Source: Cystobasidiomycetes sp. EMM_F5
Lineage: Eukaryota
DNA: 64,000 nt
Direction of reading: 5' to 3'
NCBI GenBank assembly: GCA_051047955.1
Contig: JBPGPT010000003.1
Span: forward strand, 1 to 64,000
Each line of letters begins with the position of its first letter. Within the stretch, counting starts at the first letter, position 1. The notes under the pieces were generated by a model that did no database searches, was not told where the DNA came from, and was given only the letters and a program-made list of their open reading frames with translations. Positions 39,785-52,428 of the stretch are shown here, piece by piece. Made by a program: the position numbers and the translations under genes.

Positions 39785-40127
39785 GCCACCACGTTATCTG
39801 AGGTAGCACGCAGTGCGGCTGCTGTCTGGCCGTCGTGGTGATGATAGAGATTGAGCTCACCGAGTCCTCACAGTGACACTGGCAATACATCCCCAAAAGC
39901 ATCGCTTAAGCCTATTTGTAGGCAGAAAATCGGATGCGTGCACAAAGATCGCACGCATGCGTGCCCTCATTTGACATGCAGGCACAGACGACTTTGAATG
40001 ATATAGCTATCCAGCTAACTTTACGATTTTTCCAACTTGAATATGGCTGGTAGGCACTAATTACGTCGAAAATCAAATCCAGACAAGTAAATTCGCCAGC
40101 ACCCCATATCACTCTTACGCACATGCT

Positions 40128-42873
40128 TCAAAGCATGTATCGATAACCAGGATGTAACTTTTGCGAACAGTCAGCGAAGTCTGGGGTGCGGCAGAGAAAC
40201 GTCACACAACTGACCGAACCTAGGCTCAGGATCTCTTCCTGGGATTTTCCTTCCAAACCCCACTTGCTCAACTGCTCCGGACTAGCGTGCAGTGGATTGA
40301 GTCCCGGCGCGGCTGGTCCGTAAAGCTGATCACGTCTACGATTCTCACGACCGTGGTCGATCATAAGGATCGCTGTGCAAAGAATGGCCAGAGCCGCGAA
40401 TGCAAGCGCAAGACTGTGCCCTTGGAAGTAGCGAGGCTTCGAGTTCACGGGCCAAGAAGCGGGAAACGCACGAGACAGGAGAAAGAAGTGGGAGTAAAAT
40501 TAGTAAAGCGAGGCAGGTTTTCGCTGTTGTAGACCTACCGCTGTCGAGGCCGGGTAGACCTGCAGCAGAAGTAGCGGTATCACGGAATCTCAGCCGATCA
40601 CGAAACAGAAGCTGGAACCACGCAGCACTGACATTACTACTGATAATACCGGCACTATTACCTGCAGAAAAGAAGATGCCCATGACTGCCGCTCTGGTCG
40701 TAACGGGGCCCCAGTTAGATCCGACCTGCAACGCGTTGTATCAGTTGCCTGCTGTGGACAATTAGATGCGGATACGGCATACGAAGGTAATGGCAAGCGC
40801 GATGCCTGGCGACACTCCAGCAACCGTCAGAAAGATCGCAAAATACGAGACAGCCGAATTATTCTGCGCGATCAGGATAATGTAGCCAATGATCGTGATG
40901 GTCATTACCAGGATGAGCCAAATACCGCGGCGCCGCGTTTTGTCGGACAGCCAGCAAAATCCGAGCGTTGTGAGGAAGCCTAGCGCGAACGGAGGCGCAC
41001 TTAGAGCATTAGCAGCAGCATTCGTGAATCCTTGCGGTGATCGTACGTCAGAACAGCCTCGAAATACAGCAAAGCTGTATCAGACTCACCTAAAGCAGCA
41101 ATGATGGAGGGCAGGAAGAGAGATACACAATAGAATGGCCTGCCAACAAATGGAATGGCGAAATTAGTTGGTTCTGTCTCCACTTTCTGGCGGTACTTTT
41201 ATTCGTTGGTTCTGCTCTTGGGCAGACTCAAGAATAGAATATCACCTACATGGCGATGCTGATGTATAGAGTTGCGTAGATGTATGTGCGCCAGTCCTTC
41301 AAGGCTCTCCAGACGTGATCCCAGTTGAATGGGAGTGGCGCAGAAGTTACGCCCTGAGAGACATGCAAGTGGTGCATCCAAATTTGACGATCATTTCCTT
41401 GGTCGAGAGTCTTGGACTTGTCGGGAAAGTCCGTCACAAGCCAGTATCCCGGAAGCGCACACACGAGGGTCAGAAGACCTTTGGCGGTCCTCGTGTAAAT
41501 TGGAGGCAACGGAAGCAGGAGCATATGACTTTACCTTCGAGAATGAAGATCCAAGACCATGCGCCGCGCCCACCTACGCCGTCCATTTCTGTGGACGTAG
41601 TGAGGATTACTATTTGGGAGGATTGCATTGTCTTGCAAGACTTACGGCGAATACCGAAGCTGAAAAAATTTAAGCATCAGTAGTAAACAGTAAATATGAC
41701 CTCGCCGTAGTCAGTTCAGGGTACACTAGTCTTAGTGAGGTCCAAGCCTACGCCTGAAAAAAGGGAAGCAATCGGAGAGTCGTAAGAGATTGAGCAGAAA
41801 ACGAAGACGATTCAACCGACGAGTAAACCTCCGAAAGCGCCCGCGAGCGTAGCACCTGCAAAGAACAGAGCCACTCGCTTGCCAAGCTCCTCTCGAGTGT
41901 ACCAAAGCGAAAAGACAAAATTAAGGCCTGGAAAATCGTTCAGCGTGTTACTCTTCGGAGTGACACAGGCCTATGCGTAGCTTACCTGGAAAAGTGTTGT
42001 ACAGCATACAAGCCCCCGACTATGTTAGTATATTTGGTGAGCCAGACTCGGAAACTAAGATGCGTGCCTGGGAAAAGACCTGATGCGGGGTACCTGCCGT
42101 CAGTGCAGGCAGAACAGGATTACAGCGTATATCTCACCTCCTTCGAACAGACCAAGCAAGAAACGGACCGCCATTAGTTGTCCTGGTGTTTGGACGAAAC
42201 CCTTACGAAACGAGAAAGTCAATACCAAAAGGAACATACATAATTCTGTCCAGCTGACCATAAAAATCATGCAAAGCGACCAAGCTATCATATTCCCAGT
42301 GATCCATGGACGAGGGCGTATGTATTTTAATGCCAAGTTGGATGGCAGCTCGACGGCAACGTCTGATGAAATGTCAACGTTCAGCCAGAGTATACTGGAA
42401 GGCGGGCGAGACCAACATGATACGAAGAAGACGGTAAGAGCGATTTGGTATTCATCGTTGGTCATCTGCGTGCAGGAATTGCCGTTAGAAGCTGTTTCTG
42501 CTGCTTCGAAAGAACCTACCTTCAAGGCAGGAAGGAGGCCTGCGACCTGATCAGTGATGGTCAGCAAATTCGTTTCTCAGTAGGCATCGCGATAATGTCT
42601 TCACTCTTGCTTGACCAATATTGACACGGTCTGCGCACTAGCTTCAGCCGAGTCATCCTATCCGGACCAAACGATGTGTGGCTCACCGAGAAAGGACAGG
42701 AGGTACAGCAGAGCGCTGTATGGAACTACAGCGTAGTCAATCTTGCGAAGTATGCGTTTGACATCTTTCGGGTCGGCATCAGGGTCGCCGGGCAGACTGC
42801 GTGCATCGATGTCGTTGATGCCATTCTCAGACCCCTTCTCTTCGTTAGATTGTACTGCATGATGGGAAGCCAT
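40128..42873 (-). CDS. MFS anion:cation symporter family permease (TNA1/DAL5-like)
   Basis: ILRKID, LSFLDRVNIGQA, ELPSN, RFLLGLFEGGLFPG, WYTREELGKR, W.WIFILEG, HPGYRYML*. Very intron-dense. Confidence 0.92.
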
Positions 42874-43332
42874 GGTCTTAATGGTCCGAAGCAGGAGTGC
42901 ACCAAACCAACACCGCTCGTTCGGCCCTCTACTCGGCTGTCGGCATTTACTTTTTCGGTTCAGGGCTTTTCTTTTATTCTTCCGCCTGGCTTAGAAAGCG
43001 GGGTCCCGCCATATAGCGGGCGAAACGGCGGAAGGCAAAATGTACTTTGATTTTCTCGACGAATGGGCTTGGCCGCATGTGAATGCGCATCATGTCAATA
43101 TCGAGGACAGACTTCGTACATACATCCGGACAGCCTTTAGTACTTTAGCAAAGCGAGTCGATTACTAGTATTGCACTTCACTTGCAAATCGCCTTTAGTA
43201 TTGTTCAAATAACAGGATTTGAGACAGCACCTTGGCAAGAAACGAGATACTATGATTAGAAGCAAATTGCCAGTTCAGACCATGATAAATTCCCAACTTC
43301 TTTTCCCTCCTTGTCTAGCGGGCTAAAGTGAT

Positions 43333-45337
43333 TCATTGCCCAGTAGGCGCAGTAGCTTCCCGCTCATTGGCCGGTGCTACCGCAGACATGGCGTGACTCT
43401 TCTCGGTATGATGCACTGAAGCGGTAGGACTTTGCGGTCCCATCGAGTAGTGCGTATAATCTACATCCCGGCGTACAAATGCATAATCGTAGCCAAGTTC
43501 TGGGAGATGACACGCAATTTAGCGGTTTGATAATTAGACGAAACTCAGGAAAGACTTACCGCCAATTTGGTCCTCGTCGCAGCCGACCAACTCGCCCTCT
43601 TCGGATACTCGGAGAGACAATCCTGGGATGTAGTCGAGAACCACGCAGATAATCATGGTCACGACAAATGACCAAGCAATAATGGCAACGGAGTCCGCCA
43701 ACTGGTAACCGAGTTGCACGTAGTTGTGGTCTGGTCGGCAAAATACACATTAGCTGGCCGAACTGGACATTTCGCACGAATTGTCGCAACTTACTGATCC
43801 ACCCTCCGGGAATAGAGCTGAAGCCATCGAAGTCGACAATTCGCGAGTCCGCGAACAGACCAGTCAACAGGGATCCGACGAAACCGCCTACTCCGTGTGT
43901 CGCAAAGATATCAAGAGCGTCGTCGTAGCCAAAGATGCCCTTGAGTTTTGTTGCAAAATTGCAAGCGACTCCGGTGACGACGCCGATGGCAACTGCTGCG
44001 GGGGTACCGACGTAACCGGATGCAGGAGTGATGCCGACGAGACCTGAAATGGCACCAGAGCAGAATCCGACTGCGGACCACTTGCGCTCAAGACGCCAAT
44101 CAAGCATCATCCAAGTCAGACCGCCAACGGCAGCAGCGACGTTGGTGACCAGAAGGGCTTGAGTTGCCCTCAAGTTGGCAGCAAGTGCGGATCCTCCATT
44201 GAAACCGTTCCAGCCGAACCACAGGAGTACCGTTCCGAGAACGACAAAGGTGGTGTTTTGTGGCTTGTAGGCCAAGGAAGCGGTACCGTAGCCCTTACGA
44301 CGTCCGAGCCAGATGGAGTATGCGAGCGCGCCAGTACCGGAAGTCATGTGAACGGGACCTCCACCAGCGAAGTCGAGCGCTCCCATGATGTATGTCCACC
44401 CATTCGGTGCCCACGTCCAGCAAGCAACCGGGTCGTATACCAATGTTGCCCAGATGAAAGCAAAGACCAAGGCAGGAGCAATACGCCCTCTCTCCGCAAC
44501 AGCACCGAGCAAGATCATAGGCTAATTGGAGAAACGTGAGCCCAGTGCGCCGAAAGCCAAGCTGAACAATGCATGCGTACGGTGATGGTTGCGAACATCA
44601 TTTGGTAGACGCAGTACACCAATGCGGGAATCTTTGCGGAACCGGCAGAGACCTGGTCGAGAGTGCTCATGAGACCGAAGTTTCTCAGGTCACCAATAAA
44701 TTTGCTGCCAGTGGGCGAGAATGTGAGTGAGTAACCCCAGAAGAACCACTGTACAGCCGAGTGTGTCAGTACACGATGCAAGAGACAGCTACCGGTGCGC
44801 AGCATACTTGGAAAGCGACCACTGTGCACGAAGAGGAGATCAGCAGGTGCAGCATGCGATGCTGAAGCTGCTACATACCCGAAAAGACGGCCATGGACAG
44901 AAATATGGGCTGTAGTGCATTTTTCCGCCGTAATAGTCCCGAGTAAAAGAAACCAACTGTTGAGAAGAGAGCAGTGTATTAGCTTCCTGCACAAACCATC
45001 TCGAGAAGAGCGACTGCTCACGACCGGGTGTCACTGAAAGATGACGGAACGGTACAGTGCCGCGATTAGACTGCGTCGAAGCTCATTGTCAACGGTAGCA
45101 ACCTACTGATCATCACTGGACAGCAGACACATATCAGTCAGCATCCCATTCGATATTTGGCAGGGAGGCTTCGGCAACGGCTTCCGAAGAAGCGGAGAGT
45201 CGCTGCCATCCAACAAACTCACCAAGAGCCGTCGAAGTAAGCACCCAGGCGATATCACCTGGATTGTATACGTTTACTGTCCCATCCTCGAGGGTCGAGA
45301 TCATAGACCCGCTCTGGTCATATGTGATGTTTGGCAT
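43333..45337 (-). CDS. MEP2: Ammonium transporter (Amt/Mep), twin-His type
   Basis: GDIAWVLTSTALVMIMTPGLGFFYSG (assembled from micro-exons), QWFFWGYSL, DFAGGGPVH, LLWFGWNGFNGGS, DDALDIFATHG. The exact paralog is uncertain. Confidence 0.92.
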
Positions 45338-45379
45338 AATGGGCGAATCGTCGCAACCGCCGAGGGTTGGTTCTGCTTA

Positions 45380-46066
45380 TTATCGACGACGAGCAGGTGT
45401 ACCAGAGAGAAGAGGGGAGGGGGGAGGGCAGGGCGAGACTTTTCGAGGTGACCGGTCGACGAGATGCGAAGCAAAGAAGAACCACAAACTGGAGGCTCTG
45501 GCGAAGATTATCGGGACGACCCCGGAATCGGATGGTCTTTGATTTTTGGGTGCTGGCCAGTTTTTCCCACCAGCCAGATTTGAGCCGTTTTTGTGGCACC
45601 ACACTCCCCCCAACTGATAAGGAATTGCCTGTACGGACGGCGGCCAAGGGGGTGATCGGGCTAGGCGATAAGGATAAGAAAGATGGCGGACGAATTAATG
45701 GCCAATTACAAAGATTGACACTTGCTTTCTTGAATTGTGATACGCTCAAACATCATCACTTCATCAGCTTTATCAACATAAATGAATTACTGTACGACCT
45801 CTTCAGCCTTATTATTGTGCTCTGACGCCGAGAAGCAACTGCAGCCGCCAAGCTCAGCGGCAACGCTCGGGAGACGAATGGATGTATGGCTCCAAGCAGC
45901 GTGTTACATACGCCTTGTGCGTTGAAATTGTTGGGCGCCGGCGTCGTCATTGCCGCTGCAGCTCTCCGGATTATGGAAACCGTTCCTTTGAGCTGCACGG
46001 AAAACCCCGGAATGGTTATTTACAGTGGTAAGCCGAGGGATACGCGATTGCCGTCGAAAAGATAAG
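45380..46066. promoter_or_regulatory. GATAA cluster (nitrogen-regulated GATA factor sites) upstream of the ammonium transporter
   Basis: GATAAG at 45616, 45667, 45673 and 46061; TTATC at 45380, 45508 and 45770. Confidence 0.65.
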
Positions 46067-46556
46067 GACGGCGTACTCGAGTTGGTCAGCATCGTTGCGT
46101 TAAAGCGAGGGAAAAAGCTTGTTGATCAAAAAGCCCCGACTCATCGATGTCGATGTACGCGCGGCATTCGAACAGACGCGTACATATTGATCATGAAAGA
46201 TTCGTAGTGAAGACTGAAGAACAGGAAGGCGGCATCATCAGACATGTCAAGAAGTCGTCTTTACGCAGCCAGTGCCCACATCCGACCCGGAAGCCAACGC
46301 GTCGGGGCTCTAGACTTGGGCAAAACACGGCGATGCCAACACAGCGTCAAACAAAGCCAAGAGCGCGTGCAGAAGCGTAGAAATTCCACTGATATATCCA
46401 AAGGTGTACTAGATCTTAGAAGAACAGACTTGCAGAGCAGCGACGCGAGCGACTAGCGGGGTGTACTAATTCGAATGGAAGTTTGACGGACGGAGATTCA
46501 AGGTATCTCTCCGCCATCACGACCCGGAAACCATTTCTCCATATTCAAACTACCGC

Positions 46557-48816
46557 CTACTCTTCTGGAACGGGCTCCTCCTCATACTCGCCCTCTGGCT
46601 CTTCCTCTTCCGCAGTCGCCTCCTGGTACTGAACGTACTCTTGAATGAGATCGTGCAAGTTCTGCATTATTCACCGTCGTCAGTGATCAGTTGCAGCAGA
46701 AGCCACATCTTCGTTCAGAGACTCACCGACTCTGCCTCTGTGAACTCCATCTCGTCCATGCCCTCGCCAGTGTACCAGTGCAAAAAGGCCTTGCGACGGA
46801 ACATTGCTGTAAACTGATCGCTGACTCTTTTAAAGATTTCCTGAATGGCAGTAGAATTGCCGATAAAGGTGACTGCCATCTTGAGACCTCTTGGTGGAAT
46901 ATCGCACTGCGCCAGTTGCACGTTGTTGGGGATCCATTCGACAAAGTATGATGCATTCTTTTGCTGCACGCTCAACATGTTCTCCTCAATCTCCTTCATA
47001 CTGCACTTGCCCCTGAAGTAGGCCGCCACAGTGAGGTATCGTCCATGTCGTGGGTCGGACGCTGCCATCATATTCTTGGCATCAAACATTTGCTGAGTGA
47101 GTTCGGGAACGGTGACTGTAATGATATTGTAATGCGTAAGCCTTCGTCAGATCTACTCAAGACCTGCATCATCGGCTTACCAGCCCTGTACGACGAAGAT
47201 GCACGAGCAGTGAGGGGCGCGAAACCGACGAGGAAGAAGTGAAGACGCGGGAAGGGAACCATGTTGACGGCCAGTTTACGCAGATCTGAGTTGAGCTGAC
47301 CAGGGAAACGCAGGCAGGTAGTGATACCGCTCATGACGATGGATACGAGGTGATTGAGATCACCGTAAGTGGGAGCATTCAGCTTGAGCGTCCTGAAGCA
47401 GATGTCGTATAATGCTTCATTATCGATGCAAAAGGTTTCTGTATACCAATCCCTTCATCAGCTGAAAGACCCATCCTTTCGCGCAAGAATACACACCATC
47501 GGAGTTCTCGACGAGCTGGTGGATAGATAGAGTCGCGTTGTAGGGCTCCACAACGGTATCGGAGGTCTTTGCGGAAGGGATGACGGAGAAAGTAGCCATC
47601 ATGCGATCGGGGAACTCTTCACGAATCTTGCTAATGAGAAGCGTACCCATACCGGAACCTGTACCTCCGCCGAGCGAGTGGGTGATTTGGAAACCTTGCA
47701 ATTGATCGCATCCTTCGGCTTCCTTTCGAACAACGTCGAGAACGCTATCTACGAGCTCGGCTCCCTCCGTGTAATGTCTGCGGTAACGTATAATCAGTCA
47801 GCTTGGCTTTAATCAAGGCTGACGCGCCGCCTGCACGTACCCCTTAGCTATCGTCGCACAACAGTTTGATGGTCAGACTCAGTGTTTTCGATCGGTGTCA
47901 AGATACTCACCCCAATTATTACCGGCACCAGATTGGCCGAATACGAGGTTGTCTGGTCTGAAGAGAGCGCCGAGTGGTCCAGCTCTGACCGAGTCCATCG
48001 TGCCTGGCTCGAGGTCAACCAAAACTGCGCGAGGCACATAACGATTGGATTGACTCTCGTTGAAGTATACCTGTACATGTCGTGTCAGACATTCGATACG
48101 CGTTGTAATGTGTGGCCGTGTCGCTCCAACCCACATTAATTCGGTCGAGCTGAGCATCGTTGTTGCCCTTGTACTGGCCGGATCCATCAATCCCGTGTTC
48201 TTCGGAGATGACTTCCCAAAACTTGGAGCCGATTTGGTTACCGCATTGTCTGCATATGATTTGGTGTTAGCATTGCTTCAGCCGTACAGCAAAGTGTACT
48301 AGGAACTGACCCTATAATGCGCGAAGACACAGTCGGAGTAGATTGGAAATAAGGATGGTGTCAGCTTGTATTCGACATTTGGTTGCAAGTTGTGCACCAC
48401 GCTCTGCCCTCCGTCCAGGCGGCCGAGCGAAAACATGTAAACTTGCCTGTTTGCCTGCAGAGTTCGAGGGTCGTGACGAGAGTGAATCAAGGCGCAGGTA
48501 GCAGCGACGCAGCGTCAGCTATGTTAATTGAATATTCGTGCGTACTGCTGAGGTATACACGTCGACCTCTCGCGAAGACGTCCGCATTGCCAGACATCGC
48601 GACAAGGTCCGCGCGCGTCCTGGGACTTTTGAAGCGACAAACGGTCCCGAATACCGAGCAGGCAGAGGGCTGGTTGCACTTACAGGTGCACAATCTGCGC
48701 AGATGTATAACACAGACATATCAGCCCCGTCTGTATGCCTCGCCAAAACAAATGGTCGTTTTGACGAGTGTTCCTGGCTGTTTTCCAGATCCGCCAAAAC
48801 TGCCTACCTCGCGCAT
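46557..48816 (-). CDS. TUB2: Beta-tubulin
   Basis: MREIVHLQTGQCGNQIG reconstructed from micro-exons, [37 protein letters not shown], acidic tail. Confidence 0.98.
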
Positions 48817-49172
48817 GATTGCTAGTCTATTGCTGCGTCTGTACTGAGTGTGGTGTCCGCGTGCAGGTGTCAGAGACTGTGGTCGAGTCGGCAACCTCGC
48901 TTCAGAGATGGGTGGGTCGGGTCGAGCTCAGGCGGCTGCAGCCAAAACTCGCAGCTTTGTTGTTGGACAATTCAGATGAACAACAAACAAGAAGAAGATG
49001 ACGAGCATTTCCGATATACACACATGACTCGCAGAGACACTGACGAATTCACTGACGCTCTGTCTTTTCGCGACAACAAGTGACTATGTTGTAGTTCACT
49101 TTATGACGCGAATGCCGAGGAATGTGCAGGGCAGAAGGTCTCAACGTGGCTTATACTGAAACAACATGCAGG

Positions 49173-50489
49173 CTACGCTTGGTGAGCTAGCCAAGCGTGG
49201 TAGTATACCTTGATACCCTCCGCAAGCGGGGCGCGTTGAGGTCTCCAGCCCAACAGAGACCGCGCCAGCTGAGGCCGCAGAACAGCAGACGACGTTGCCG
49301 CATCTTCGAAGGCTAGTACAAAATAACTTTCCGTTAGCCTTTCCCATCACATGCAGTCGGGGGAAAGCAGAGTCGCTCACGGCTTGCTGGCTTGACAAAT
49401 TCGATGCTTTTAGCTGCTGAAACAGTCTTGAGCTGTTCTAGAATGTGCATGATTGGCTCAGAGTAATCGTTGCCTATCGTAATCGTTAGTTCTTCCTCGG
49501 CTTGTGAACAACGCAAGGAGAATCTAGCCTACTGATGTCGAAAATTACGCCAGGTACGGCGTATGACTGCATGTAACGCATGAGATGTGGAACGTCGTTT
49601 CCGAAATACTCAAAACTCACCTTCTCTCCAGCAAGACGGAAAGCCTCGCCAACATCAGTTTTGTGCACAGTGGACACTCGTGCACCCGCGTCTCCTTTCC
49701 AAACGATGGCCCCATCCTTTGCACTTTGGAAGACACCTGCAAATATACTTGCGCTGCCACCGTATAGGAGGGACGGGCGGAGGATATTTGCAGTGAAACT
49801 CTTGGAAATGGACGTGATTGCCTTTCTTTCAATGTCTAGGCGCCATGATGTGAGGGGCATCGGGTGATCCGTTGGCGTGCGATCGGAGATGATGCTGTGT
49901 CGTTCGTCACCGTGGACCCAAGTGCCTGTGCAAATATCGACATCACTCGGACGTCACTCACAAGCAGGTGAGAGGTTGTTTTACCTGAGCAATAAATGTA
50001 AGATAACGGCGGACCATTTGGTCGACTCTTCTCTGCTTCCTTGATAGTCACATCCAAGATGTACGGTCCCGTCTTCGAGATGTCACCGCCGCTGCAATCA
50101 ACGACCACATCCGCTTCGCTGATCAAATGTCGCCATTGTGACGCATCGAGGCCGTCACACACTTTCGGAGTGACTGGTGCGGCATAAGGGTCAGCTCAGC
50201 GCATAGATGATAATCCCAGGTATGTGCGACACTCACTCTCTTCCGCCTCCAAGCCTTTGGCGCTCTCTGCGGATCTCGTTGTCCCGATGACATCGTGACC
50301 GGCTCTGACATAAGCCAGAGCCACTCTGAACCAACGAGATTGTGATCGTTACGCGTTAGGAAGGAATAATCGAGGTAGAAGATACGTTCACCGTTAATAC
50401 TGTCAGCAATATTATTTCGACGGCATCGATACCTATTTGACGCACTCGTGTCCGATGAAGCCAGTAGCGCCAAACACGAGGACTTTCAT
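49173..50489 (-). CDS. NAD-dependent epimerase/dehydratase (extended SDR)
   Basis: MKVLVFGATGFIG, YIYCSGTWVHG, ILRPSLLYG, STVHKTDVG, ARSLLGW.P. Confidence 0.88.
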
Positions 50490-50674
50490 TGTAATATCTG
50501 TGAACTAGAGTAGTGCTGTTGTGTTGGAACGTAGAAGCGAAAGAGAGGCCAGCAAAACATGGGCGTAGTTACACGTCGGCAGTAACGTCGGTGTTTACGT
50601 TTCGAACGCCATGCGGCTCTCCTCGCAATCAATCAGCAGCAGGTGCACGCTCTGCTGAGCAATCGCTGCAGACT

Positions 50675-52175
50675 ATGAATAACCTCGACAGTATTCTGAC
50701 GCTGCGGAAAGCGTTAGTCGAGGCTGAAAGTGCCGATAATGTCCAAGTGGGTCGAGAGTATTTGACTGTCAAAGGAGGTCAGGATGGTCTGACACTTTGT
50801 GACGACGACCCAGGACATCAAAAACGTACTCCAACAGTTGAAGACTGAAGTCAAGGCTACAGAGGAATTGCTGCGCGTGAGAATCAGTTGTCGGAAATGT
50901 CATAGCCGTTCAGAAACGCTCAATACGATAATTTCGTCTGGACTCCAAGGAAACCAAAGTCGGCCTCAAAGTAGGCAAGTTGAGATCTCATGCCAACAAG
51001 GACATTGTCGCTCTAGCTCGGGAGTTGGTCAAGAAGGTCAGTCGGAGACGGATGTTCACCTTGGCCAAAACTGTCCCAGGCTGTGCTGGAAATGGGCACA
51101 ACTAACGCGATACCTCTGCAATCCTGGCTGTACGGCTTTCTGCGACGTAGTGGAGAGAAGACGTGGGTCGTGGAGCCAAAACCGACAAAGATACTAGCGC
51201 ATCACAAAGTACGGGTTGGACACGAGAGCAGCGTACTTCAGCTGACACTTGATTGTCTGGCTGGGAATCTATCTTACAGGTCCATCTACCTGTACAAAAC
51301 CATCCACTGCACCATCGACTCCCCAAGCCTCGACTCCTACGAATGGCACTCCAGCTCCATCAAAAGCGTCAGCATCGCGACCATCCATAACCGCTACTAC
51401 CTCTACAACGTCTATAGCTCCATCTGAAGGCTCTCCGCCTCCGCCGCTCGAGTCCGGACGCCTGCGAACAACAGAAACCGACAAGGTTCGAACGGAAATA
51501 ACTAACGACAAGACTCGCAATAATTGCATACGCCTAATATACGATGCGCTAGCGATCGGATCGTTGCACTGTAAGTAGTATGCCGATCTTATCGCATCGC
51601 TTGGGATTGTCTAAACAGGCTGCTGTACCGCCTCATAGCAACGACGATTATTCTGTCAAGAGCGACAGATGTCGAGAGTGGAGCCTGGAACAACAAAAAG
51701 GATGAAGGCGGATACCGGCAAAAGATGCGCTCGCTCGTACTTACGCTCAAAGCCAAGGATAATCCCGATTTACGGTCAGCCGTAGTCGCGGGCGAAGTTG
51801 AGGCGGCACAACTATGGAGCATGACGCCAGCAGAGCTCGCGAGCGCAGAGAAGAAGGCAGAGCTCGCCAAAATGCACGAACAAGCGCTATGGGACGCGCA
51901 AGGGGCGGCACCCAAAAAATCAGAGACAGACATGTTTGAATGCTCGAAATGCAAAAAGAGACGAACAACATACTATCAGATGCAGACACGGAGTGCAGAT
52001 GAGGTGAATTGCCCGCGCGGCTGGTGTTGATGACACTTCGAAGGCTGACGATCCCGCTCAACAGCCTATGACAACATTCGTCAGTTGTTTGAATTGCGGG
52101 AACAACTGGAGAGTAAGTCAGTCACGAGGCTGCGGCTGTGTAACAACTGATGTTTGCACATTGCAGTTTTCATAA
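50675..52175 (+). CDS. DST1: Transcription elongation factor TFIIS
   Basis: N-terminal TFIIS domain (LLRETKVGLKVGKLR), central domain (YRQKMRSL...NPDLR), zinc ribbon CSKCK...[29 protein letters not shown]. Confidence 0.96.
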
Positions 52176-52428
52176 GCCACGGAGCAGGGCACGTACAACA
52201 GAAGGGCGTCATTTGCTGTTACACATGTATCGATATAAGGATGGATGTTTATGGGGTCATTTTGTGGTGACCTTAGGTACGACGCCAGATCCTAATGCTA
52301 GGACTAGCAAAACTTGAGGTTTACATGCGTTATCAAAGCATTGTGCTCGATAACGACTGTAAAGTAGCTCAGCTCAGGCATTATTATGCTGAACGATTGT
52401 TGTGAAGTGAAGCCATAGCAGCCTACAT

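Noticed and set aside
47400..47600. Possible benzimidazole-resistance alleles in beta-tubulin
   Set aside because: After splicing, F167, E198 and F200 are wild type. The apparent G198 in the ORF track is intron read-through.
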